Below are positions 10,101 to 19,370 of a stretch of 45,615 nt of DNA, in pieces. The notes beneath the pieces were generated by a model. That model saw only the letters and a program-made list of their open reading frames with translations, was not told the DNA's origin and made no database searches. The position numbers were made by a program, and so were the translations under genes. The stretch is from Candidatus Micrarchaeota archaeon (GTDB lineage Archaea; Micrarchaeota; Micrarchaeia; Micrarchaeales; CABMGC01): NCBI GenBank assembly GCA_023270015.1, contig JAGDXZ010000030.1, positions 1 to 45,615 of the forward strand, read 5' to 3'. Position 1 is the stretch's first letter. Each line of letters starts with the position of its first letter.

Positions 10101-10529
10101 TGCGCTCCTTATAGGCCCTGCATATACTAAAGCGATATAATCAGAATTATCCGGGTTCTTGTAATAGGCAATATCCTGTATGCCTTCTGTAGGCGCCACC
10201 AAAATTCCTTCAGTTAGTATTGCCACGCCAGTCCTCACTGCCAGCAGGATTCTTTTTATTTTGTCGTAAGAATCGAATTTCTCGTTTGTACAAATCTCCT
10301 TCACCATTTCAAACGCAAGTTCGCTTCTGCTTCTGCCATCCATTTTTGACTTTATGAGGTCAGCCAAGCCGCTTACACCGATAAGCCCTTCTACCCTGTC
10401 TGCAATACCGGGCGCAGGTACAATCTCAACATCATTGCTTGCATCTAACCCCTTCGCCCTTGCTTCTTTCGCCAGTTTGTAAGCTTTGTCAAATTCCTTA
10501 TCAAGCATCGAAAAGTATTCTTGAATCAT
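7098..10529 (-). CDS. polC: DNA polymerase D large subunit DP2
   Basis: YAGPIRSAGGT, GGFRLRYGRSR, GRPEKA, catalytic DGDED, C-terminal Zn finger and PIP-like QRQFDLSAFV; no intein. Confidence 0.98.
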   Translation of the reverse strand: MIQEYFSMLDKEFDKAYKLAKEARAKGLDASNDVEIVPAPGIADRVEGLIGVSGLADLIKSKMDGRSRSELAFEMVKEICTNEKFDSYDKIKRILLAVRTGVAILTEGILVAPTEGIQDIAYYKNPDNSDYIALVYAGPIRSAGGTSVALSVALADYARKFFGISSYKATQEEIGRYIEEITLYNSEIARLQYMPSEDEMHVVLENCGVCIDGIASEKLEVSVHTNIQRRRADGRTVQLENRIRSGVPLVVSSIIQKAKSVLRETKKVGLDWSWLNNVIKVEKPTVQQEVTDVYEGFLEELVAGRPILAYPRHVGGFRLRYGRSRLTGIAAKGFSPASMVLLDEFIAIGTQLKVELPGKGCVAMPVDSIEGPFVRLKNGDALRINSAEEAYALKDNVDEILYVGDILITFGDFRKTNTQLQPSSYVEEFWQAELRSKGIELSYNEIRDMDFDTALSYSMKYGVPMHPRFLFEFQAITLAELSLLANAISSQLPNERLDSIESLALEYNKDVKSVLELLAVPHRIREGKMVIEGGYAKSLLISLGFVDDEMHVTSKLQRLLDAIEKASSALDAVNAVSPVKLPKRSTFIGARIGRPEKARERLMKPAPNALFPISSFGGRDRNVVVASAKQAEGFTKQEITVEIARYKCPVCKRIVGTPFCYDCGVPTYVEPDEAGKTYGEIDIDISKMLSGALKRLGLSQVPKLVKGVKGLINKDKIAESIEKGILRAMHDVYVFKDGTIRFDATDAPITHFYPKEMHVSVEKLRELGYDKDYLGNALTSEEQLVELRHQDVILNRRGAEYFVKVAQFVDDLLERYYGLPRFYNIHAPEDLIGHLVITLSPHTSCAVLNRVVGITEANVGFAHPYTISARRRNTDGDEDTTMLLLDALLNFSRRYLPASIGGTMDAPLLLTTHVFPEEVDDEVYSMELETSYPLEFYEKTNAQAMPGDVKLDIVESRLGGEQAYASLGFTHESSINAIVSAPKRSKYVLLKSMQEKIDAEFKLIDMLYSIDKRDAAKRLILSHFIPDLMGNLHSFSKQQFRCAVCNAKYRRVPLTGKCTKCGGKLLLTISKGGIEKYLWVAIGLAEKYNIDVYTKQRLQLLKDEIEQVFGSVTLPKEENEAEREKKQEAAKPLQRQFDLSAFV

Positions 10530-12025
10530 ATAACCAGCCTGTTGAAATCGATCACATTCAGATTTCTGGACTTGGCTTCATATACGGGCAAGATCGCAGG
10601 GGTAGGTATGTGTCCTTGCTTTATTTGATAAGCAGTCCTGGCCTGCCAAGTGCCGCCATTTAGCACAAGCGTACCGTGATAGTCTATAGCGCCGTTTTTA
10701 TGTATGTGCCCCATAGCCAGTATGTCTGGTATTCTGTCTATTACTAGGTCATCGTCCTTACCTGGCACTATCGGGTTGGTGCCGTAGATTGGGGAAAGGT
10801 GCCTTCTCCTCAGCAGCTCGACCATGGCTTCTTCAGGTCTGCTATAGCTGCAGCCTCGAACGCTGCTTATTATGGAATCTAGCGAGGCGCCATGGTATGC
10901 AAGCACGAGCAAGTCTTGAAGCTCCAGCCATGCCGGGTTTGTTACCAAATGGACGTTACCGGTATTGTACTTTGCAAGCTCTCTATCTAGCTCCGGCTGC
11001 GGCTCTGCCCTCCTAACTCCATCATGGTTGCCTGGCAACACAAATACTTCTATGCCATCAGGTATTTGTTTGATGAGCTCGAAAAACATAGCGTATTGGG
11101 CGTATATGTCGCTCACAAGCAGTTCCTTTTCTTGACCTGGATAAACACCAACTCCGTCTACCAAGTCGCCCGTTATCACTACATAGCTAACCTTCTCTGC
11201 AAGCTCTTTCATGTAGTCTAGCCTATGATTTAGCCACTCTAGCATTTTGTTAAATTGCTTTTCCAAGAATAGCTTATGACCTACATGCGTATCGGTAATA
11301 AAAGCTACTGCAAAATCTTCCTTGCTTTGCTTCCTAGTCCTTATAGGTATGTCTGGCCATGAAAAATAGTTTGCAATAAGAAGCCCTTTCGAAACCTTGC
11401 CTTTTACAAGAACCACATCATCTTTTGTTATTTTTGCTGCCTGCTCAAAAACTAGCCTTTGATCCGGCCTAGTCTCTCTGACGTTTTCTTGTGGCTTGGC
11501 AAACAATACATTTACCGAGCCAGTAGTGTCTTCTAATGTAATTAGTATGTGGCCGTTCTTTGTGAACCTCCTTTCATACACCATGCCTATTACACTCACT
11601 TCCCTTCCGGCCACAAATCCTTCAAGGTTGGCTATGTCTGTTGTGCCATAGCTGCGGCTTTCAGTCATTATGCGCTTGAGCTTTTCAAAACGATTGTTAA
11701 AGTAGTTTATGAAAGAGTTGGAGGAGGATTCGGAGTATTCTATCCTTGCGTTAGCATATTTGTATGTCTTTTGCTTTTCAGCATGCACCGCTTCAGATTT
11801 TATAGGCGCGACGGGTTTTGGTATTTTGGGCTCTGTTGCTTGTTTTATTATCTCCACAAGCGTCTGCTTATCCAGCACCTTGAGTCCCTGCCTGTCAGAG
11901 AAATAACTTTCGATAAGCTTTGAAAGGTAAAAAACGTCAATATTGCGTATTTCTGAATCAGTTATGTCTGCGCCCACTAGCACTTTGCCTTGTAATAGCC
12001 TAGAAAGTTCTGCAACACTCCCCAT
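10526..12025 (-). CDS. polB: DNA polymerase D small (proofreading) subunit DP1
   Basis: OB fold plus phosphoesterase motifs DTH, GDLVDG, GNHD, HG, GHIH; 4-bp overlap with DP2. Confidence 0.97.
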   Translation of the reverse strand: MGSVAELSRLLQGKVLVGADITDSEIRNIDVFYLSKLIESYFSDRQGLKVLDKQTLVEIIKQATEPKIPKPVAPIKSEAVHAEKQKTYKYANARIEYSESSSNSFINYFNNRFEKLKRIMTESRSYGTTDIANLEGFVAGREVSVIGMVYERRFTKNGHILITLEDTTGSVNVLFAKPQENVRETRPDQRLVFEQAAKITKDDVVLVKGKVSKGLLIANYFSWPDIPIRTRKQSKEDFAVAFITDTHVGHKLFLEKQFNKMLEWLNHRLDYMKELAEKVSYVVITGDLVDGVGVYPGQEKELLVSDIYAQYAMFFELIKQIPDGIEVFVLPGNHDGVRRAEPQPELDRELAKYNTGNVHLVTNPAWLELQDLLVLAYHGASLDSIISSVRGCSYSRPEEAMVELLRRRHLSPIYGTNPIVPGKDDDLVIDRIPDILAMGHIHKNGAIDYHGTLVLNGGTWQARTAYQIKQGHIPTPAILPVYEAKSRNLNVIDFNRLVI

Positions 12026-12150
12026 ACAACCAATTTTTTGCTTTTGGTTAATATAAAAATATTCTTGCGTTTACATTTACACAGCTACGCACATCTTTGC
12101 GAAATCTCGCAAGGCAAAAGGCTATAAGGCTTTTGAGAGAAATAGCAATT

Positions 12151-12633
12151 ATGCCACTCAAACTGCAAAGCGCAATGGAGTACCTCATGACTTATGGCTG
12201 GGCAATTCTCATTATAGCTGTTGCTCTTGGAGCCCTTTATGGGCTTGGTGTATTTAGCCCAGGAAGGTTCCTTGGCTCTCAATGCCTACTGCCTGCTGGA
12301 TTTTCTTGTCCCTCTCTATCTATGAGCTCAAACGGCCTTCTAACTATAAACCTACTCCAAGCCACTGATGCCCCTATAAACATAACCGCATATGGTTGCA
12401 ATACAAACTCCACTATTATAAACATGCAAACTCCGTATAATCCTCCCTCAAATCAAATAACACTACAAATAGGTGCTAATTACACATTCACCGTTCAATG
12501 CTATTCTGGGGCTTCGCCATTCTCTGGCAGCCCAGGGACCGACTTCAACGGCTACCTTATTATAAACTATACAAACCTCATAACGGGCTTTCCGCAAACA
12601 ATTACTGGCAAACTGTTCGTAAGAATAGCATAG
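12151..12633 (+). CDS. Class III signal-peptide (pilin-like) protein
   Basis: ATG at 12151 gives MPLKL-QSAMEYLMTYGWA plus TM helix, followed by a Cys-containing globular domain. Confidence 0.8.
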   Translation: MPLKLQSAMEYLMTYGWAILIIAVALGALYGLGVFSPGRFLGSQCLLPAGFSCPSLSMSSNGLLTINLLQATDAPINITAYGCNTNSTIINMQTPYNPPSNQITLQIGANYTFTVQCYSGASPFSGSPGTDFNGYLIINYTNLITGFPQTITGKLFVRIA

Positions 12634-15057
12634 CTATTCGCACTTTGTATAGCCGCAGTTCTTGCATATGTAGCAGCCATTTTCATATACTAGCGTCTTT
12701 TCCCCACAAACAGGGCACACTGATGGCTCTATCTCTTCTGCTTGGCCTGCCTCTGCCTTTGTATTAACATTTTCCTTTCCTTCCCCGCTCTTTACTCCCT
12801 CTTCTGAAGATACCTGCAATTGATGCCCTAATGCGCTACTATCCTCTGCTTTTGTCGCTTCTTTCAGAGATCCTGTTGCAAACGTTGCTGCACCGATTGC
12901 TATTTCTATCGCCTTTGCAATAGCATCAGGCACACTATAAAGCTTAAGCCCTTTATACCAAGTTATAGAATCATTGGCTCTTATGCCCTTGAGGCTCTTA
13001 AGCACGTTGTCTATGCTGCCTCCAGCCTGCAAATACCTGCTTATAAGCCTGCCTATCGCTTCACAGTAGCTCTTTTCCTGGCTTCCGCCACGCCCCATGT
13101 TGGCGAATACCTCTTTCACGTTGCCTCCTTCGTCAAAATTGACTGTGACATAAAGAGAGCCCTGAGGCAAAACCATCTTTACAGTCTTACCTACCATTGT
13201 CTCAGGCCTTTCCCATGTCTGAGTCTTTGATTGTTGTTCTTCTTTTTTGCTGGATTCAAGGCTAAGAATATCTTCCCTAGAGCCTTCTCTATACACGGTT
13301 ATGCTTTTGCAGCCGGTCTTCCATGCTAGCATGTATATTTCTCCTACCGCCTCTTCAGATATGTCTCTAGGAAGGTTGACTGTTGATGAGATGCCGCTAT
13401 CTACGTGCTTCTGTATAGTAGCTTGAAGCTTTACCCTAAAGGCAGGTTCTATTTTATAAGCAGGAACAAAATAATCAGGAAGCTCTTCCTCGCTTTCTAT
13501 TCCGGCAAAAGCCATGTATTGCTTTACTAAAGGATGATACACTTTGAATTCCCCTTTGCTCAAAGATTCAGACCTTCTGGTGTAGGAAAATGCGAAGATG
13601 GGTTCTATGCCGCTACTTGTACCTGCAAGCACAGACCCGCTTCCAACAGGCGGCACTGTCAATATTGCCACATTTCTGAGCCCGTACTCTGCTATCTTCT
13701 TCTTTAGCTCATCATTAAGCCTCTGCACAAAAGGCCTTGAAAGGTGCTTATCTTTGTCGAATAGAGGGAAAGGCCCTTTCTCCTTTGCAAGCTCTGTGCT
13801 CTGGTCATAAGCCCAGTTTTTAATCTTTTCAAACAGCTCGTCAGCAAACTTTAGCGCTTCTTCGGAGTCGTACTTTATTCTAAGCTTTGCAAACATGTCG
13901 GCCAAGCCAGTAAAGCCTAGCCCTATCCTTCTGGTGTTCTTTGCTGCTTCTGCTTGGGCCTTGAGTGGGTGCAAAGGTTCGTTGTAATCAAGCACATCGT
14001 CCAAGAACCTAACGCCGATACGTACTGTTTTCTCTAAAGCTTCCCAATCAACACTTGCTTTTTCAGTAAAAGGATCTTTAACAAAAACAGAAAGATTGAT
14101 GTTGCCAAGGTCGCAAGCTCCGTAGTTTTGTAAAGGTTGCTCTGCGCAAGGGTTTGTTGTGACGATCTCCATTCCGTTATATTCGCTAGGGGACTCTCTC
14201 TTCATCGTGTCCCAGAACATTATGCCTGGCTCTGCCCATTTCCAAGCAGAATGGATGAGCTCATTCCATATCGCCCTTGCCTTCACCTTCTTTTCTACCC
14301 TTCCTATAACATTGTTTTCATACCACAGCGTGAAATCCTCGTCGTTTTCCACCGCCTTCATGAATTCGTCAGTAACGCGCACGCTGATGTTGGCGTATCT
14401 CACCTTTTCAAGGTTCTGCTTTACGTGTATGAAATCAAAAATGTCTGGATGGTCGACCCTAATTGTTATCATCAAGGCGCCGCGCCTTCCTGCTTGGCCT
14501 ATTGTGTGGGTTGTTTCACTCAGGAGCTCCATGAAGGATACAGAACCTGTGGAGAAGAGAGCTGCGTTGTGCACAGGCGTGCCTTTTGGCCTGAGAATGC
14601 TTATGTCTGTGCCTACGCCGCCACCATAGGAATAGGTTCTCGCTGCCTCTTTGCACCAGTCGAATATGCCTTCGATAGAGTCCTCTTTTATTGCAATTAC
14701 ATAGCAGTTAATTAGCGTTGCTCTTCGCTTTTGCTGGCCAGCACCAAACATTATTCTGCCGCCTGGCACAAACCTGAAATCGGTAAGAAGCCAAAGAAAA
14801 TCATTGTATGCCTTCTCTCTTGCTTCTTGATTGGCTTCCACCCCAGAAATAGCTTTGGCGATTCTTTCCCACATCTCTACTGGCGTCTTTTCAAGAGCAT
14901 TGCCTTGCTCGTCTTTAAGTGCGTATTTCTCAAAAAATACTCTAGCTCTTATTTCATCCCCGCCAAAGAAGTCGAGAGTTTCCTGAGGGATAGATTTAGG
15001 GCCTGGCTCTCTATTTACTGCCTCGGCAAAAGCATCTTGCTCTTCATCAGCAGCCAT
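12634..15057 (-). CDS. nrdJ: Adenosylcobalamin-dependent (class II) ribonucleotide reductase
   Basis: FVPGGRI, TLINCYV, GRRGALM, TTNPCAEQPL, SSGIEP, KSITVYREGSR; C-terminal domain with CPVCG...CKNCG Zn ribbon. Confidence 0.96.
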   Translation of the reverse strand: MAADEEQDAFAEAVNREPGPKSIPQETLDFFGGDEIRARVFFEKYALKDEQGNALEKTPVEMWERIAKAISGVEANQEAREKAYNDFLWLLTDFRFVPGGRIMFGAGQQKRRATLINCYVIAIKEDSIEGIFDWCKEAARTYSYGGGVGTDISILRPKGTPVHNAALFSTGSVSFMELLSETTHTIGQAGRRGALMITIRVDHPDIFDFIHVKQNLEKVRYANISVRVTDEFMKAVENDEDFTLWYENNVIGRVEKKVKARAIWNELIHSAWKWAEPGIMFWDTMKRESPSEYNGMEIVTTNPCAEQPLQNYGACDLGNINLSVFVKDPFTEKASVDWEALEKTVRIGVRFLDDVLDYNEPLHPLKAQAEAAKNTRRIGLGFTGLADMFAKLRIKYDSEEALKFADELFEKIKNWAYDQSTELAKEKGPFPLFDKDKHLSRPFVQRLNDELKKKIAEYGLRNVAILTVPPVGSGSVLAGTSSGIEPIFAFSYTRRSESLSKGEFKVYHPLVKQYMAFAGIESEEELPDYFVPAYKIEPAFRVKLQATIQKHVDSGISSTVNLPRDISEEAVGEIYMLAWKTGCKSITVYREGSREDILSLESSKKEEQQSKTQTWERPETMVGKTVKMVLPQGSLYVTVNFDEGGNVKEVFANMGRGGSQEKSYCEAIGRLISRYLQAGGSIDNVLKSLKGIRANDSITWYKGLKLYSVPDAIAKAIEIAIGAATFATGSLKEATKAEDSSALGHQLQVSSEEGVKSGEGKENVNTKAEAGQAEEIEPSVCPVCGEKTLVYENGCYICKNCGYTKCE

Positions 15058-15148
15058 AAAAATCGCCTATTGGTAAGCTCAGTAAAATCTTATTTAAGTT
15101 ATTGATCAGCTTTGCAAAAGGCACTACAAGACCTTTGCCTTTTCTACA

Positions 15149-15631
15149 CTAGCTTACTGTGACAGTCGCGCTGCCAGAGGTGTTGTAGGCATAGTTGCTA
15201 CAAACATTGTTTGGACAGAGATAATACTTTATAGTAAAGGCAGGATAGACCTGTGTGCCTGGGCTAAACCTCAATCCAGGCATTATGACATTGCAAGTAA
15301 CCAATGCGGTGTTTATTGCGTTTACAGGCAGGCAATTGCCGGTGTAGTTAGATGAGGCGAGCGTAGGTTTAAATATTATCGAGTTAGCAGGAAAACTCAT
15401 CTTCGTGCCTAGCTGGTTTGTAAATTGAACCACCGCAAAGGAACCAATCGAATTGGAAGAAAGATAGGCAGCTATGCAGGGAAGCTCAGGAGAGATATAG
15501 CAAGAAGAAGGAGCGTAAGTGCTTACACCTTTAGACGATACGAAAACGAAGACTATACTTATAAACAAGGCGATGATTATAAATGCCCAACCGTATACAG
15601 TGAGAAACTCCAAAGCAGACTGGGCTTGCAT
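15149..15631 (-). CDS. Class III signal-peptide (pilin-like) protein, paralogue of the N-terminal half of 815..2131
   Basis: MQA-QSALEFLTVYGWA plus TM helix; PSSCYISPELPC, GNCLPVNAIN and YNTSG motifs shared with 815..2131. Confidence 0.8.
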   Translation of the reverse strand: MQAQSALEFLTVYGWAFIIIALFISIVFVFVSSKGVSTYAPSSCYISPELPCIAAYLSSNSIGSFAVVQFTNQLGTKMSFPANSIIFKPTLASSNYTGNCLPVNAINTALVTCNVIMPGLRFSPGTQVYPAFTIKYYLCPNNVCSNYAYNTSGSATVTVS

Positions 15632-15703
15632 ATACCTACTCTATAACTTATCTTTATAAATTACCTTATATCTTTTTCTGCCTAAATCTTACTGGGATAG
15701 GAA

Positions 15704-16507
15704 TTGATAGGAATACTGTTCAATGAGAAGGATGTTGCCTCGAAAAACATTGCAGAGTACATAATTAAGCAGTACGGGTTTGAAGAAAGGCAAGACGGCG
15801 CGTTCATATCTGGAAACATAAAAGTGGTAAAAAGTGAAAAAGACCTAATATACGCAGACTTCGTAGACAATTTAGGACTAGAAATTGCCTATATGCTAAG
15901 CAAACATGTGAGCGCCGCTGGCATAAGCTCTATAACCACTCATGCAACTGGTAATTGGAATGGAGAAGCAAAATTAGGAGGTAAACCTTATGAGTTATCA
16001 ATAGCCGCGCCTGTTGAAATGCTTTCTATCCTTAGAAGCGCGGCAAATACACGCCTTAGCGAAATGGGCTTGCAAATAACCTATGAAGCCACACACCACG
16101 GTCCTTTACTCAAAACGCCTTCTCTGTTTGTAGAAATAGGGGGTAATGAGCAGGCAGTCGGTAATAAAGAATATGCCGCATTGCTCGGCGACGCCCTAAT
16201 GAGAGAGATTGATATGGAAAAGGAGTATGGCAGGGTTGTCATAGGTATAGGTGGCACCCACTATCCAGACAGGTTCTCAAAGCTCGCGAAGGAAAGAGGA
16301 TTCGCCTTTGCGCACATAATGCCAAGATACGCTTTGGAAAGCGAAGGAAGCAACTTGTTTATGCTTGAGCAGGCTGCTGAGAGAAGCAGGCTTAAGCCAG
16401 AAGCAGGGCTCATCGATTGGCATTCATTCAACTCTACCGAAAGGCAAAAAATACTTAAAAAGCTAGAAGACATAGGGTTAGATTACATAAGTACACAAAA
16501 TTTGTAG
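15704..16507 (+). CDS. dtdA: Archaeal D-aminoacyl-tRNA deacylase (DTD2)
   Basis: SKH, TTHATGN, YEATHHGP, FVEIG, GIGGTHY motifs. Confidence 0.93.
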   Translation: MIGILFNEKDVASKNIAEYIIKQYGFEERQDGAFISGNIKVVKSEKDLIYADFVDNLGLEIAYMLSKHVSAAGISSITTHATGNWNGEAKLGGKPYELSIAAPVEMLSILRSAANTRLSEMGLQITYEATHHGPLLKTPSLFVEIGGNEQAVGNKEYAALLGDALMREIDMEKEYGRVVIGIGGTHYPDRFSKLAKERGFAFAHIMPRYALESEGSNLFMLEQAAERSRLKPEAGLIDWHSFNSTERQKILKKLEDIGLDYISTQNL

Positions 16508-16515
16508 TTGGTAGC

Positions 16516-18477
16516 ATGCGAAACTTGCTATGGCTCCCTCTGCTTTTTATACTAACAGCAAGTATTGCAAATGCAGAGTACTGGTTTCAATCCGGAGCAA
16601 GGGCTGGAAATAGCGCTGCTTGGAATAATGGAGCAATGGTAAGCATACAAACCATAGAGCCACAACATCCGGTAAGCGGATCTATGGCTTTCTGGGTTGG
16701 AGAAAATCTTGACAACGGCGCCTTCTTGCAGATAGGGTATACAATAGAAAACCAAACTGGTGAATATCCTAACAACTGCACAACTGCCGGGTGCTCAGGG
16801 CACGTTTACCTCACCGCAGGCAATGCTACTTGGTTTTACGAATACTTCCTTCCTGGAAAGAACTCATCATTTCTAGGAGAACTTGGACCTGACGGAGCTG
16901 CTGGCCCCAACGGCACATTTCACACATATGGCTTTTATTCGCTTGGAAACACCTGGTATTTCTTGTTTGACGGAAAAGTAATAGGCAAAGTGGATCTTGG
17001 AACTGATAGCTCAGGGCCTAACCCGCCAGTTGCGATAGCAGAGCTTGCCAATAGTAGCGGCTATGAAAGCTATATGAAGCCTGTAATATTTGCAAACCTC
17101 TCCGCTTACAAATATGACCAATTCTTGCCTGTCGAAAACGCATACGCTGTGGTTTCTTACGGCTATGGCAGCAAAACAAACATACCAAACACATATGGTG
17201 TTGAAGAACTTGACAACCGCGTTAATTTTTTTGAAGTTGGAAGTGGTTTGCCAACTTCTACAAATGGCACCGAACTTTGGCATCTAGGGTATTGGCTAAA
17301 AATATCTGCACCAATTAGGAATCTAAGCAGCAGCATAGAATATGCCGCGTATTCTCAGATTCCCATAAGTGTGCCCAAAATAATACAAATCAATAGCACA
17401 GCTAGGCTAGTTTTCAGCAATTGGATAGGATATGGAGTAGGGTCTTACTCGGGCACATCGAATTATAGCATCGTGACAATGTACAGCAACATAACAGAAC
17501 GGGCAGTGTACACGCTCGAATATTTTGTAAATGTATCATCTAGCTTTCCAACTTATGGCACTGGCTGGTATGCTGCAAACGCTACTGCAAAATACGGAGT
17601 TGAGAAAAGCATTATATACATTACAAACCAGTCGAGGTTTGTGTTTTCTTCATGGAGCAATGGCAATCTCCAACCTAACGGAACAGTCAAAGTTACCTCG
17701 CCTCTTAAGCTTATAGGAGCCTACAGTCAGCAGTTCTTGGTAGAGGTAAGCTCGCAGTACGGGAACACAACAGGTAGCGGTTGGGTGAACGCAGGCAAAA
17801 AGGACATAATAAGCGTAACAAGCCCGTTCAAAAACATCTCAAACACTGAAAGGCTGGCTTTCAGCGAATGGAGCAACGGCTCTGCCGAACCAAAATTAGA
17901 AGTAAATGTAACAAAACCCATTACACTAACCGCACTTTATGTTTATCAATTCAAGCACGTCATCCATGCGGAAAATGCTTACAATATGACTGTTTTTCCA
18001 AAGTGGTACTTAATCAATGGCGAGCAATACAACAGCACTCCCTTCCTAGAAAACGGTACATACGAAATAACCGGAGCCTATTTTGCTGGCGTATTGATTA
18101 ATGTCAGCAAGACTTTCTCAGCATTGGGCCCTAATAACATAACACTAACTCTGCCCATCTACAATGTTTTGTTAGAAGCACACGACCTTTTCGGCATGCC
18201 AGTAAACACGTCGATAACGATTACATTTCCAAATGGAACTACTGTGCAAGAATATACTGGCGCTTCTGGAAGCATCGCGTTCTACAACGTACCATACGGC
18301 CGCGTTGAAGGACGTGCAAATTATCTTACCCCTGTAAGCTTCGCAGCTTCGGACGGCAAGCCAGTAACAATAACTCTAGTTTCTCCGGCAAACTTAGCTG
18401 TGATAATAGTAATAAGCCTTATAACTATTCTATTCTTAATTTGGATTAGAAAGGAAAAGAAGCTGGTGGCAAAATGA
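16516..18477 (+). CDS. Secreted, C-terminally anchored surface protein: N-terminal beta domain (possible glutamic-peptidase fold) plus three beta-repeats
   Basis: Signal peptide ending ANA-E; repeats RLVFSNW / RFVFSSW / RLAFSEW; many N-glycosylation sequons; C-terminal TM helix and basic tail. Confidence 0.8.
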   Translation: MRNLLWLPLLFILTASIANAEYWFQSGARAGNSAAWNNGAMVSIQTIEPQHPVSGSMAFWVGENLDNGAFLQIGYTIENQTGEYPNNCTTAGCSGHVYLTAGNATWFYEYFLPGKNSSFLGELGPDGAAGPNGTFHTYGFYSLGNTWYFLFDGKVIGKVDLGTDSSGPNPPVAIAELANSSGYESYMKPVIFANLSAYKYDQFLPVENAYAVVSYGYGSKTNIPNTYGVEELDNRVNFFEVGSGLPTSTNGTELWHLGYWLKISAPIRNLSSSIEYAAYSQIPISVPKIIQINSTARLVFSNWIGYGVGSYSGTSNYSIVTMYSNITERAVYTLEYFVNVSSSFPTYGTGWYAANATAKYGVEKSIIYITNQSRFVFSSWSNGNLQPNGTVKVTSPLKLIGAYSQQFLVEVSSQYGNTTGSGWVNAGKKDIISVTSPFKNISNTERLAFSEWSNGSAEPKLEVNVTKPITLTALYVYQFKHVIHAENAYNMTVFPKWYLINGEQYNSTPFLENGTYEITGAYFAGVLINVSKTFSALGPNNITLTLPIYNVLLEAHDLFGMPVNTSITITFPNGTTVQEYTGASGSIAFYNVPYGRVEGRANYLTPVSFAASDGKPVTITLVSPANLAVIIVISLITILFLIWIRKEKKLVAK

Positions 18478-19016
18478 AGGTTGCTATAATAATACCTTGC
18501 AACGATTTTAAAGATGAAACGCTTTCTCAGGCAAAGCTGTTGCTGAAGAAAAAGGACATAGACTTCGCTATATTGAGCTTCAGGTTTGATAAATGCAAAG
18601 GCTATCATGGTGCAATAGAATCGCCTGATGGTCGAGCAGACGAGTTCGAGCCTGAATTTTTTGATGGCATATTACTTGTAGATGGACCAGGCATAGATGC
18701 TGAAAGGCTTTTTGAAAACAGGCCGTTGCTAGATAGGATAAAACTTGCTTATGAGGGCAAAAGGCCAATAGCGGCTGTCGGAAATGCAATAAAGATACTA
18801 GCAAAGGCGAACATAGTAAAAGGGGTAAAGCTTGCAAAAGTCGAAGATGAAGAGACTAAGAGGCTGGTAGGGCTTTACCAAGGAGCTATTTCAAACCTTG
18901 ACTTTTCTTCTAGCAAAGGCATAGTAACTGCTTCTGACAGCTCGAAAATGCAAGACCTGATTGCCTCTTTTGAGGAAATGCTGAGGAGCAGGCCAACCGC
19001 TCCAAGGCCACTATAG
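18474..19016 (+). CDS. DJ-1/PfpI-family protein lacking the nucleophile Cys
   Basis: MKVAIII..., FDGILLVDGPG, RPIAAVGNA where AAICHG is expected. Confidence 0.8.
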   Translation: MKVAIIIPCNDFKDETLSQAKLLLKKKDIDFAILSFRFDKCKGYHGAIESPDGRADEFEPEFFDGILLVDGPGIDAERLFENRPLLDRIKLAYEGKRPIAAVGNAIKILAKANIVKGVKLAKVEDEETKRLVGLYQGAISNLDFSSSKGIVTASDSSKMQDLIASFEEMLRSRPTAPRPL

Positions 19017-19331
19017 CTTTGCCCTTAGAAATATTTTCTTTTCGGCTCCGCATTCGCATTTACATACCAAATAACCAGGGTTGCCACTAACCTTTCTTAC
19101 ACTGCAATTTATCCCTGGAATTAGGAAGTTGTTACATTTTTTGCAGATCTTTTGTTTAAGCTCCTTTGGGATTTTAACACGATAGTGAGCGCTAATTTCC
19201 CTAGCCAGCTTCACATAACGTTTTTCAAGCATCCTGCTATACTCAGTGTTTTCCCTCGCTTTCTCTTCTGCAAGCTCGAGAAGCCTTTTTATACGCTCAA
19301 ACGCGATTTCTTTTACTACCTTGTTCTCCAC
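19011..19331 (-). CDS. rnp4: RNase P protein subunit Rpp21
   Basis: IAFERIKRL, RYVKLA, CKKCNNFLIPG...C-ECG Zn ribbon; GTG start. Confidence 0.93.
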   Translation of the reverse strand: MENKVVKEIAFERIKRLLELAEEKARENTEYSRMLEKRYVKLAREISAHYRVKIPKELKQKICKKCNNFLIPGINCSVRKVSGNPGYLVCKCECGAEKKIFLRAKL

Positions 19332-19370
19332 AAAAAGAATTATGCTAGCAGATTTATTATGCTATAAGCC

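Noticed and set aside
14137..14715. Long antisense ORFs inside nrdJ and other housekeeping genes
   Set aside because: Shadow ORFs without protein-like motifs, lying opposite well-supported genes
7098..15057. Inteins in PolD or NrdJ
   Set aside because: Protein lengths are normal and the catalytic motifs are uninterrupted
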